From positions 1 through 52,145 of the forward strand of contig JBHHUM010000009.1 of the NCBI GenBank assembly GCA_046861645.1: 52,145 nt of DNA. Direction: 5' to 3'. The notes below the pieces were generated by a model. That model was not told where the DNA came from. It ran no database searches and worked only from the letters and a program-made list of their open reading frames with translations. Below, piece by piece: positions 38,594 through 47,924 of this stretch. Made by a program: the position numbers and the translations under genes. This DNA comes from Fidelibacterota bacterium. Its GTDB lineage: Bacteria; Fidelibacterota; Marinisomatia; Marinisomatales; UBA2128. Positions within the stretch are counted from its first letter, which is position 1. Every line of letters starts with the position of its first letter.

Positions 38594-41395
38594 TCAGAAA
38601 CTAATTGTTAAACCGGCTTGTATTTGCCGTGGGGGGTGGTACCATTCCGGATGTGTAAAATATTCGGCTATAGTATTGGGGCGATCATCGCCCACGTATG
38701 CCTCCAGCTCATCACCGGTAGGTTCTGTAAGAGTTTTGTTAGCTCGTCCGGTGTCGCCCCAGACAATATTCTCGTTCCGCCGATCTAAAAGATTATATAT
38801 ACTGGTGAAGAATTGAATTGAAATATTTCTAAGAGAGACCGTATATGTGGACTTAAGATCTATAGTATAGGTGGCGGGTTTTCGTCGGCTGTTATTAACG
38901 AGCTGGGTGGAAATAGTAGCTCCTTGGGTTGAGCTTACAACGATCTGAGGGGTATAGGGATAGCCGGAGCCGTAGCGACCTATAAGTGTAACTCCCCAGG
39001 GACCGGATCCCACATAGATGTTGCCATTGACCGTATGTTTCTGATCCCAATCCAGGGGAATGATTGAACGGGGAGGTTCACGGTTAGCCAGGACGGCTCC
39101 AAACTCATCAGAAGGATTGGAATTAGATCCTTCAGCGATTTGGAAAGTGTAATTAAGATTTAAAGCCCAGAGTTGGCTATATCGTTTGTCCAAGTTTATA
39201 GTTACACCCCTGACGTTTGAATAGTCTTTATTGACGAAAGTGTAATACGAAGCCCCACCACCCAGATCTACGGGGATTCCTGTGGAGACCCAATCCCGGA
39301 CATCCCGATAGAATCCAGTAACGTCAATGGTATAGTCTTCCAGGAAGGTTTGTCTTAAACCTAATTCGTACATTACAGTTCGCTGGGGTTTAAGATTAGC
39401 ATTGGGGTATATTCCGAAACTTCCGCTGGTTTCAGCTATCTTATAACCCGGGTTATCATAGAGGCGGTTAAAGGTTGGGATCTGGAAGAAATGACCGAAA
39501 GAGAAGTGAATCACTCCTTGATCAGTAATAGGATAAGCAATACCAAAGCGAGGACTTATCTGTTGTTTAGGAGAAGTTTTTGTCCACCATCCTGATGCAT
39601 CTATCAGGGAAGCGCCCGAATCCGAAAGGAGATGAGCGTAGTGGTCAGCATACTCACTCCAATCGATATTTTCCAGTAGCCTATTATCTCCGTAGAGACT
39701 ATCAGATAGCGTTAAGAGGGAATCAACCGCGGGGTTTCGAGGGTTACCGATATAAGGTTCTACAGGGTTGGTGGGAATTTCGCCGTTGGCATCAAATAAA
39801 TCCCACCTGATTCCTACATTTAATATAACACTCTTATACTCAATTTTATCTTGGATGTAGATTGAGTACTCCATGGGTTGGACATTATATTGACTGCGGT
39901 TGAAAGTGTCTGGATTTGGTATTTCGATAGTGAATACTTCATCATTTTCAGACGAATCTCTTAAGGCATAGGTATCTAACGTTAGTTTGTGTCTCCGGAT
40001 TTCTCCACCAAATTTGACCTGATGCACAGTATTAAGTTGAGAAGTAAAATCAAGTTTTGCTAAACGAGTAACACTTTTCCGTTCAAAGCGACCCAGATCA
40101 ACACCCCAGAGACCAAATGAGTAGATAGGTATAATAGCTTGTAAGTGGCTGTAGTAGTAAGGGTCAACATAAGATTCATCTGTGGGAGATTTAAACCTGT
40201 AACGTTTGTATTCATGTTCAAATTGTGAAAAACTCAGAGAATAGAAGTTCTTTGACGATAGGGTATGGGTTAGGTTTAATTTATAATCCCGACCTTGGCT
40301 AAAGTTAAAAGGTCGTCCATCAGGAGCAAGTTGCAAGTTGTGATCATAATCACGGTAACTTTCATCACTGGTCAACATTCCTAATCTTAGTTTTATTTTG
40401 CTGGAAAGATGAAATGTCAACTTGGAGTTAGTTGTTGTTTTCTCATGCCAGCTCATGGGTACAATCTTAGAGTTTTCGAGGGTGTCACCATACATTGAAT
40501 AGGTCCGTAGACCATTTAGATGACCATTGATTTTGTATTGTCTCCCGGTGAAGTAGAAGGTGAGAAATTTACTCAACAGGGGTACCGGTCCGCCCAAACT
40601 GAATTGGAGATTTTTCTCATTGTTCATATCGAGCTGATCAAGTCCTCTGAAGAGTGGATCGGAAGTTTGATACCCCCCTCCGTAACCATTGAGTGATCCT
40701 GAAAACTTCTGACCACCATCCTTGGTCACCATATTAATGATTCCCGACATCGCCTGACCATACTCAGCGTTGAAAGTTCCACTGATAACCTGTAGTTCCT
40801 GAATAGCATTGTTTTCTACTGCTACGGAAAGACCACCATCATAAACGTCTGTAACTGGAATACCATCTACCCAGTAGGCAACTTCACTACTACGTCCTCC
40901 TCGAATGTGTATACCGCCACCGGCATCTTTGGTGATACCGCTCTGTATTGAGATAACATCCCAGATCTCAGTCACCGGCATAGCTTCCAGTTGTTCAGAG
41001 GATACTCTCGCTTCGGAGGAGGTCAAATCCATCTGGACTGCCGACCTTTCGGCTACGACAGTTATCTCCTCACCACCAAGGGCTTCTGACGTCAGGCTAA
41101 TGTCCAACTTGGTGGTTAAGTCGATATTAATCGTAACATTTTGAATCGTGACGGCAGCATAACCAATCATGCTGGCTCTTACATCATAGCTACCAGGAGG
41201 GATGCCCAAGACTAAGTATAATCCTTTGTCATCTGTAGCTGCACCCATACTGGTACGTTCCAGGATGATGTTACATCCCACCAGGGGGTTTCCAGTCTGT
41301 TGGTCAACTACTTTGCCAACCAATTTGCCAGTTGTTCCTGCCATGGTGTAAGTTGATAGAATAAGTACCATGATAACTGATGTTTTCCACTTCAT
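38594..41395 (-). CDS. TonB-dependent receptor with N-terminal carboxypeptidase-regulatory-like domain
   Basis: GTTGKLVGKV, HIRGGRSSEVAYWVDG, GTFNAEYGQAMSGIIN plug, ISPRFGIAYPIT, PRQIQAGLTISF. Confidence 0.92.
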   Translation of the reverse strand: MKWKTSVIMVLILSTYTMAGTTGKLVGKVVDQQTGNPLVGCNIILERTSMGAATDDKGLYLVLGIPPGSYDVRASMIGYAAVTIQNVTINIDLTTKLDISLTSEALGGEEITVVAERSAVQMDLTSSEARVSSEQLEAMPVTEIWDVISIQSGITKDAGGGIHIRGGRSSEVAYWVDGIPVTDVYDGGLSVAVENNAIQELQVISGTFNAEYGQAMSGIINMVTKDGGQKFSGSLNGYGGGYQTSDPLFRGLDQLDMNNEKNLQFSLGGPVPLLSKFLTFYFTGRQYKINGHLNGLRTYSMYGDTLENSKIVPMSWHEKTTTNSKLTFHLSSKIKLRLGMLTSDESYRDYDHNLQLAPDGRPFNFSQGRDYKLNLTHTLSSKNFYSLSFSQFEHEYKRYRFKSPTDESYVDPYYYSHLQAIIPIYSFGLWGVDLGRFERKSVTRLAKLDFTSQLNTVHQVKFGGEIRRHKLTLDTYALRDSSENDEVFTIEIPNPDTFNRSQYNVQPMEYSIYIQDKIEYKSVILNVGIRWDLFDANGEIPTNPVEPYIGNPRNPAVDSLLTLSDSLYGDNRLLENIDWSEYADHYAHLLSDSGASLIDASGWWTKTSPKQQISPRFGIAYPITDQGVIHFSFGHFFQIPTFNRLYDNPGYKIAETSGSFGIYPNANLKPQRTVMYELGLRQTFLEDYTIDVTGFYRDVRDWVSTGIPVDLGGGASYYTFVNKDYSNVRGVTINLDKRYSQLWALNLNYTFQIAEGSNSNPSDEFGAVLANREPPRSIIPLDWDQKHTVNGNIYVGSGPWGVTLIGRYGSGYPYTPQIVVSSTQGATISTQLVNNSRRKPATYTIDLKSTYTVSLRNISIQFFTSIYNLLDRRNENIVWGDTGRANKTLTEPTGDELEAYVGDDRPNTIAEYFTHPEWYHPPRQIQAGLTISF

Positions 41396-43083
41396 GATGT
41401 TACCTCGTTCAAATTGAGCTCCTTGACTAAGGTACTGTCTATGGAAATATCTGAGTTGTTTTTAAGGTTGTCCCTGAAGGTTACAAAAGCCTCGCGGTTT
41501 ATCTGGGCTTTTAATGCTTTTTCTATTCTTGGGAGGGCTTCCTGGTAAGTAAGTAAGCGGGGAGGTTCGACATCCAACACCTTTAAAAGAATGTACAACC
41601 CGGCTAGATCAATAGGTCCGATCAAGTCGCCAGGTCTAACCTCTTTAAGAGAAGTGTGCAGACTGCCATATTGTTCAGCAGTGCCCCAGCCTACGTAGCC
41701 GCTGTGGACGGCAGTTGCCTTCCTGAGAGAATGCTCTTTAGCCAGATCACCGAAATCTGCACCAGCCGCAATCATCCCAAAAAGTTCATTTGCTTTAGTC
41801 TCATCTTCCACGATGATTTCAGCAGTTTCATAGCGGGCTTCGGTGATAAACTCATCACTGTTTTCAGCAAAGTAGGAAGCGGCTAATTCATCCGACAGGT
41901 GGGCATTTTCATGAATCTGATCCATTATTGCAGAGATAATATAACTTCTTTTCACCTGCTCATACGCTTGTAACAGAAGATCATCTTTATTCAACCCCAT
42001 TCCCCGGGCTTCAGCAAGAGATTGTTCTTGAATGATTAATCCAATTACAGCATCTTTAAGCTTTTGCGGAGTAATTATCATATTTTTCTGGCGATTTGAT
42101 AACGTTTTAAGTTTTGCAATGGTTTGTTCGGTTGTCCAAGTCTGTAGTGGTGAGCCAAAACTAACGCATTTTTCTTCTACAGCAAGAGGAGAGTATTCAA
42201 GTTCAGTTGTAATCAGCTTAGGCCACTGCTTCCATAAGGAGTTCAGCGTGCCTTGTTTGAAATAAATATTCAAGCTAGCAGCTACGGAATCCGTGTAAGC
42301 TTGTAAAGCTGGGAGTCTTTGGTAATTACGGGCATACTGTGTGAATTTCCAACGGTTTCTCTGAAATTCATCTTCTAGAACGAAAGGATCAATTTCCCGT
42401 TCTATGACTTGGATAATGCTGAAGCCAGAATGGGTTTTTACCGGCTGAGAGATCTCTCCGTCGGACAGTTGAAATGCAGCTACCTCAAAAGAGGGGTCCA
42501 TGTCACCCAATTGGAAGAATCCCAAATCACCACCATTTCCGGCTAAAATGGGATCCTTGAATATTTCTCTGGCTAACTCTTTCCATGATTCACCTTTTTG
42601 TAGACGATCAAATAAATCTTGAGCTTTATTGGCATTTTCTGTATAGAGGTGTCGGACATGGATTTTAGATTTAGACCAACGATAAATTTTTCGCAGGAAT
42701 TCCTCTGAAGCTTCGGTACGAGGTAATATTTTTCTCTCGTAAAGAGCGTTGAGTAACAACTGTTCTTTAAGGGCGTGTAAATTGTCCTGATGAAAAGGAT
42801 CTTGTAAAAAGCCGCTGCTATCAGCCCATTTTAACAGGAGGTGTTCATCGATCAGAGATTGCAGGAAAATATGACGTAGCCGAAGATTGTCTTGTAATTC
42901 AGTCTGACGAAGAAACTGCTGATACCGTACAGTATATAGCGGGACAGAGAAGTGGTATCCGTTGATAGTGGCTACAGAAAGATCCTTTTCCTGGCCACTG
43001 TTAGAACAGGCTGCCAACAGAAAGTAAAACGAAAGGATTGTCAGTTTAGTGCATGACAAATATTTTAGCCGATTTAGCATCAA
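41392..43083 (-). CDS. Parvulin-type peptidyl-prolyl isomerase lipoprotein (two rotamase domains)
   Basis: Lipobox LLAAC; IHVRHL, GGDLGFF, FEVAAF, ISQPVKT; second domain FGDLAKEHS...GYVGW. Confidence 0.85.
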   Translation of the reverse strand: MMLNRLKYLSCTKLTILSFYFLLAACSNSGQEKDLSVATINGYHFSVPLYTVRYQQFLRQTELQDNLRLRHIFLQSLIDEHLLLKWADSSGFLQDPFHQDNLHALKEQLLLNALYERKILPRTEASEEFLRKIYRWSKSKIHVRHLYTENANKAQDLFDRLQKGESWKELAREIFKDPILAGNGGDLGFFQLGDMDPSFEVAAFQLSDGEISQPVKTHSGFSIIQVIEREIDPFVLEDEFQRNRWKFTQYARNYQRLPALQAYTDSVAASLNIYFKQGTLNSLWKQWPKLITTELEYSPLAVEEKCVSFGSPLQTWTTEQTIAKLKTLSNRQKNMIITPQKLKDAVIGLIIQEQSLAEARGMGLNKDDLLLQAYEQVKRSYIISAIMDQIHENAHLSDELAASYFAENSDEFITEARYETAEIIVEDETKANELFGMIAAGADFGDLAKEHSLRKATAVHSGYVGWGTAEQYGSLHTSLKEVRPGDLIGPIDLAGLYILLKVLDVEPPRLLTYQEALPRIEKALKAQINREAFVTFRDNLKNNSDISIDSTLVKELNLNEVTS

Positions 43084-44857
43084 TTACCTCTAAATTATCA
43101 ATCTCCCCCCAGATTTGCTGCCATTTATCCCTACTTTCAGGGAAATCTGTGGTGGTAAGATTTTGTTTAATTGAAGATCCATTTAGTATCACTAGAATAG
43201 TTTCACTACTATCCTTTCTTTGAAAGGCGAACAGGTTTCTTTTGTTATCCGTCAGTATCGTCTGATAGCTACCCTTTCGCAGGGCAGGATGTTTCAGACG
43301 AAGTTTTATAAGGGAACGGTAATAATCAAATAATTCTCTATCGGCCTCTACAGGATCATTCTGCCGGGGAAGCCCCAAGGGATGAGCAGTTTCTGTTTCG
43401 TATTTGAATTCACTCCACACCATCGGTTTGCGGCAGTCAGGATCATCTGCGCCCCACATGCCTACTTCGTCACCATAATAGATGTATGGGGCTCCCAGGT
43501 AGGTGAACTGAAAAACGAGGATGACTTTCTGCTTTTGCCGTTCAGAAGCGTTGGGTCGCCGAACCTCAAATTCGGGATTGTATTGCAGATTACCGCCGTG
43601 GTCTATCCACCGGTCGGGATTTACCACCGCCGAAGCCAGGCGTTCGCAGTCGTGGCTACCCATGATGTTCTGCAGTCCGTAAGATACATCCAATCCGTAG
43701 TCCTCACGTATGCCGGTAAGTAACCTGTCGAGGTCCGTGGCTGTTATCTGCCACTCCTCATCGTTGAAGAACTTGTACATGGCGTCGCCGAAGCGGTAGT
43801 TCATGACAGCAGTGAAGCCGTCATCTCCTACCCATGGTGAAGCGTCGTACTGGACATTGTTGAAATAGTCTTTCCACCAGATCTCCGCTGTGGTGTAGGC
43901 ATTAGGATTAATCTCCTGCACCCAGGAACTGAACTCTCTCCAGAAGTCTTGCCCGACCATTTCCGCTACATCAAGCCGCCAGCCGTCAATTCCGTCTGAA
44001 GGGTCGCCATCCCCGTTTGGATCCATCCATCGTTTGACGATCTTATGTAAGTGCTCCCTGATGGGTGGTATAAGGTTATTATCCTCTTCCTTGAGCTCAG
44101 GCAGATCAGGGACATTGAACCACCCTTTGTAGTTGAATTCATCCTCTGGAGTAGCTGGATCATCGAAGGATTTTATATAAAACCAGTCAGCGTAGGGACT
44201 TTTTTTGCCGTGTTCTCTGGCGTGCTGAAATGCCCAGAACGGAATACCTACATGATTGAAAACCCCGTCAATAATGATGTGCATTCCTCGGTTGTGAACT
44301 TCTTCCACAAGTTGGAGAAAAAGCCGATCAGCGGCAGTCCACTGCCAAGTGGAGGGATCGGCTGGATTTTCCGCTTTCCAGATCTGCTCATCGCCTTTAG
44401 GGTCAGGACCAAAGTTGTTATCTATATGATGATACATTGAAGTACCATACTTATGTGAGGAGGGAGATTCAAACACTGGGTTTAAGTATAGGGCATTCAC
44501 ACCTAACTCTTCAAGGTAATCCAGTTTGTCTATAATTCCCTGAATATCACCACCATATCTGCGGAGTTGGGCATTATAATAGAAACCCTGGCCATTTGTT
44601 TCTTCCCAAGGTTGAAGCTGGTACCAATCACTAGTCCAGGGTGTAATTGACCATTGTTCCTGTTTATCATAAGGCCAGGTACCGTCGAGGGATTCTCGGG
44701 TGGGGTCGTTTGTCGGATCACCGTTATAAAAACGTTCGGGGAAGATTTGATACCAGATGGCATCTTTAGCCCAATCAGGAAGTTGAGCCAAGGTAATATT
44801 GATTGCAGCAAAAAGAATCAAAGGTATTAATATTAGTGACGGTTTTTTCAGTTTCAC
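43046..44857 (-). CDS. Exported GH13 alpha-amylase/neopullulanase-type glycosidase
   Basis: WYQIFPERF, GGDIQG, DGVFNH (region I), GWRLDVA (II), AEIW (III), GSHD (IV), YYGDEVGM. Confidence 0.93.
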   Translation of the reverse strand: MKLKKPSLILIPLILFAAINITLAQLPDWAKDAIWYQIFPERFYNGDPTNDPTRESLDGTWPYDKQEQWSITPWTSDWYQLQPWEETNGQGFYYNAQLRRYGGDIQGIIDKLDYLEELGVNALYLNPVFESPSSHKYGTSMYHHIDNNFGPDPKGDEQIWKAENPADPSTWQWTAADRLFLQLVEEVHNRGMHIIIDGVFNHVGIPFWAFQHAREHGKKSPYADWFYIKSFDDPATPEDEFNYKGWFNVPDLPELKEEDNNLIPPIREHLHKIVKRWMDPNGDGDPSDGIDGWRLDVAEMVGQDFWREFSSWVQEINPNAYTTAEIWWKDYFNNVQYDASPWVGDDGFTAVMNYRFGDAMYKFFNDEEWQITATDLDRLLTGIREDYGLDVSYGLQNIMGSHDCERLASAVVNPDRWIDHGGNLQYNPEFEVRRPNASERQKQKVILVFQFTYLGAPYIYYGDEVGMWGADDPDCRKPMVWSEFKYETETAHPLGLPRQNDPVEADRELFDYYRSLIKLRLKHPALRKGSYQTILTDNKRNLFAFQRKDSSETILVILNGSSIKQNLTTTDFPESRDKWQQIWGEIDNLEVIDAKSAKIFVMH

Positions 44858-44881
44858 CTTGTAATTAGTTCGCTTAAATTT

Positions 44882-44903
44882 AGTAACTCATAAATGAGTT
44901 ACT
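44882..44903. promoter_or_regulatory. Palindromic operator GTAACTCA-N4-TGAGTTAC (copy 2) in the divergent GH13/trmB intergenic region
   Basis: AGTAACTCAT-AA-ATGAGTTACT, a perfect 10-bp inverted repeat. Confidence 0.8.
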
Positions 44904-44991
44904 TTCACTTCAAGAATATAAGCGATTTTGAAAGTAACCGCCAAATAAATGATTAATTACTCATTAAACAGGATTTAATAGCAGAGAAATA

Positions 44992-45816
44992 ATGCCTACT
45001 GAAAGAGCAATAATTGACATTTTAGGTGATCTCGGCCTATCCGTAAATGCAGCAAAAGCCTATTTAGCTTTACTGAAGAAAAACCCAGCCACAGGTTACG
45101 AGATCAGTGCTGATTCTGGTATTCCCCGGTCAGCAATTTATTCTGTACTTAATAAATTGAAGGTTACCAATATGGTCAATGAGATAGGTACCGGGCCTCG
45201 CAAATTTGTACCGTTAGCTCCATCATCCTTATTAGAACATCTTGCCCGGGTAAATGAAGAACGGATTGATTCCCTGAAGAGCGCTTTTGATTCTCTTGAT
45301 ATTGACGAGGAGGCTTTTGATTTTTGGCATTTACATGGTTATAAGAATCTTATTCTAAAAATGAGAGAAGGTATTAGAGGAGCTGAAGAGAAGGTTTTTA
45401 CTTCGTTATGGAATAGAGAATACAGCGAGGTAGTGGGTGAGTTAAAAAATGCAGCAGACCGAGGTATCGAAGTAGTCGTATTTTCATTTTCAAAACTGGA
45501 GCAACCCATTGGTAAGGTTATCTCTTATAGCTTAGAAGAAAAAGAATTAAGAAGATTCTGGAATCCCAAGGTTATCATGGTTGTAGATCTCAAAACCGCT
45601 ATCATGGGTAGTGCTTCTACCAAACAGAATAACCGGGCTATCTGGACAAATAATGAAGCTATTACCGAAATTGCCATGAACCATATGATTTTGGATATTA
45701 CCCTTGCGGGTCAGAGACTGGGGATTGAAGTCAATCCTATAGTTCAAAAGATGATGAAATGGTCTGATTTCCATTTGGAGGAGATGATCAAAAAGCATCA
45801 TAACTCTTCCTCATAG
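44992..45816 (+). CDS. TrmB-family sugar-responsive transcriptional regulator
   Basis: LGLS..AAKAYLALL...TGYEISADSGIPRSAIYSVLNKL wHTH; C-terminal effector domain. Confidence 0.88.
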   Translation: MPTERAIIDILGDLGLSVNAAKAYLALLKKNPATGYEISADSGIPRSAIYSVLNKLKVTNMVNEIGTGPRKFVPLAPSSLLEHLARVNEERIDSLKSAFDSLDIDEEAFDFWHLHGYKNLILKMREGIRGAEEKVFTSLWNREYSEVVGELKNAADRGIEVVVFSFSKLEQPIGKVISYSLEEKELRRFWNPKVIMVVDLKTAIMGSASTKQNNRAIWTNNEAITEIAMNHMILDITLAGQRLGIEVNPIVQKMMKWSDFHLEEMIKKHHNSSS

Positions 45817-45837
45817 GTTAAGGATTATTTCCTCAAA

Positions 45838-47919
45838 ATGGGATCAATACAGTTTATTTTTGGTGTCCATAACCACCAACCCGTTGGTAATTTTGATTAT
45901 GTGTTCGAAAATGCCTTAGAAAAGTGTTATCTCCCTTTTATTGAAATTTTAGAGCTTCATCCGGATGTGGCTATGGTCATGCATTTCAGTGGATGTCTGC
46001 TGGAATGGCTGGAAGAGCATCACCCTGATTTTGTACAGCGTATTGCTGCCCTGGTAGATCGAGGTAACATTGAGATGTTATCAGCTGGGTTTTACGAACC
46101 TGTGCTGGCTGTTATTCCTGATCACGACAAATTGGGGCAGATACTCAAGATGAATAGATATATTGCTGAGCGATTCGGATATGTACCCCTGGGGCTATGG
46201 TTGACAGAACGAGTATGGGAGCCCCATTTAGCCAATCATATTAAAGCTACTGGGCTAAGTTACACAGCAGTGGATGATTTTCATTTTCTGGCAGCAGGTA
46301 AAGAGCAGGAGGAGCTTACAGGTTATTTCAATACTGAGGAGCAAGGAAGGACTTTGGGTGTCTTTCCTATCAATCAGAAACTGCGCTACGCCATCCCCTT
46401 CAAAGAACCGGAGGAGACTATTGAATATTTAAGAAAACAAACCACGGAGGATGGTAGAAATGTTGTAGTAATGGTAGATGATGGTGAGAAATACGGTGTC
46501 TGGCCGGGTACCCATGAAAACTGCTATGGTGAGAATAACTGGCTGGAGCGGTTTTTTTCTGCTCTCGAAGCCAATAAGGAGTGGTTGAAAACGACTACTT
46601 TCAGTGACTATTATTCGGGACATTCTCCTCGTGATCGTGTTTATCTTCCCACTACCAGTTATTTTGAAATGAATCAATGGACTTTGCCAGCATCTCTGGG
46701 GCAGTCATTTTCTGATTTGGTTGACTCTTTTGAGGAAAAAGGAAAGCTTGAGGAAGTCAGACCTTTTCTGCGAGGAGGAACTTGGCGGAACTTCCTGTCA
46801 CTTTATGAAGAATCTCGGTGGATGCACACCCGTATGACTAACGTATCGGAACGATTTGTAACTGCGAAAGCTATTAACGGATCCCAATTTTCTAAGGATG
46901 TACAGGATGAACTATGGCGAAGTCAGTGTAATTGTGCCTATTGGCATGGCATCTTTGGAGGTCTTTACCTGCCTCATCTCAGACATGCTGTTTACCAACA
47001 TCTACTTATGGCTGAGCGGTGGATTGATCAGGCTAATGAGCTCAACGGTACCGTGGGTGATCTTGATGGTGATGGGGCGGAAGAGTTTGTACTTCGTTCT
47101 GATGATATTAGAGTTATTGCCAGTGAAGCAGGTGGTACTATCAAGGAATTGGATTTTCTGCCGAAAAATTTCAATCTCACCGATGTTATGAGTCGTTATC
47201 CCGAAAGCTATCATACCCAGGTGAAAGATGCCCCGGTTCGATCTGTTGAAAATGGATCTATCCATAACATATATATGGCCAAGGAACCTGGGTTAACAAA
47301 ACTATTGAACTATGATCCTTTCCCCCGCCATAGCTTGACTGACCATATTCTTCCCTCAGATTCCCCTTTGGCTTCACTGTACTCTTCTAAAGTTGTAAAC
47401 AGCTGTGTGGCACCGGTTAGATTCGAGGGAAGGTTGGGAGAAATCCTGGAACTAGAAGGTGTGGTAGAGTCCAAAGACTACAAGATTGAAATAATAAAGA
47501 CTCTACAGATTGATTGCGGTTCCCTCGACATAGGAATTCGGTTAAGGAATATGAAGAGCAAACCCCTAAGCAAACTTTATACCTGTGAATTCAACTTTGG
47601 ATTACTTGCCGGTCAAGCTGAAGACCGCTATTATGAATTGAATGGAATAAAACCACAAAAGGCTTATCTTAATACAATAGTTAATAAGTCAGATATAATG
47701 AGTCTTGCCCTTACTGATGAATATAATCATTTCAGACTCAAACTTACTTTTCCAGAGAAAGCATCAATCTGGTGTTTCCCGATCGAAACCGTTACCATGT
47801 CTGAATCTGGTTTTGAAAGAATTTATCAGGGTTCAGCAGTGGTACCTAACTGGCAGATTGATTTAGATTCTGACGAGGTCTTCGAGATCCAGATGACACT
47901 GGATATCGAGGAACTCTAA
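45838..47919 (+). CDS. GH57 alpha-amylase/4-alpha-glucanotransferase
   Basis: HNHQPVGN, WLTERVWEP, DDGEKYGVWPGT, QCNCAYWHGIFGGLYLPHLR, SESGFERIYQG. Confidence 0.93.
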   Translation: MGSIQFIFGVHNHQPVGNFDYVFENALEKCYLPFIEILELHPDVAMVMHFSGCLLEWLEEHHPDFVQRIAALVDRGNIEMLSAGFYEPVLAVIPDHDKLGQILKMNRYIAERFGYVPLGLWLTERVWEPHLANHIKATGLSYTAVDDFHFLAAGKEQEELTGYFNTEEQGRTLGVFPINQKLRYAIPFKEPEETIEYLRKQTTEDGRNVVVMVDDGEKYGVWPGTHENCYGENNWLERFFSALEANKEWLKTTTFSDYYSGHSPRDRVYLPTTSYFEMNQWTLPASLGQSFSDLVDSFEEKGKLEEVRPFLRGGTWRNFLSLYEESRWMHTRMTNVSERFVTAKAINGSQFSKDVQDELWRSQCNCAYWHGIFGGLYLPHLRHAVYQHLLMAERWIDQANELNGTVGDLDGDGAEEFVLRSDDIRVIASEAGGTIKELDFLPKNFNLTDVMSRYPESYHTQVKDAPVRSVENGSIHNIYMAKEPGLTKLLNYDPFPRHSLTDHILPSDSPLASLYSSKVVNSCVAPVRFEGRLGEILELEGVVESKDYKIEIIKTLQIDCGSLDIGIRLRNMKSKPLSKLYTCEFNFGLLAGQAEDRYYELNGIKPQKAYLNTIVNKSDIMSLALTDEYNHFRLKLTFPEKASIWCFPIETVTMSESGFERIYQGSAVVPNWQIDLDSDEVFEIQMTLDIEEL

Positions 47920-47924
47920 TCTTC

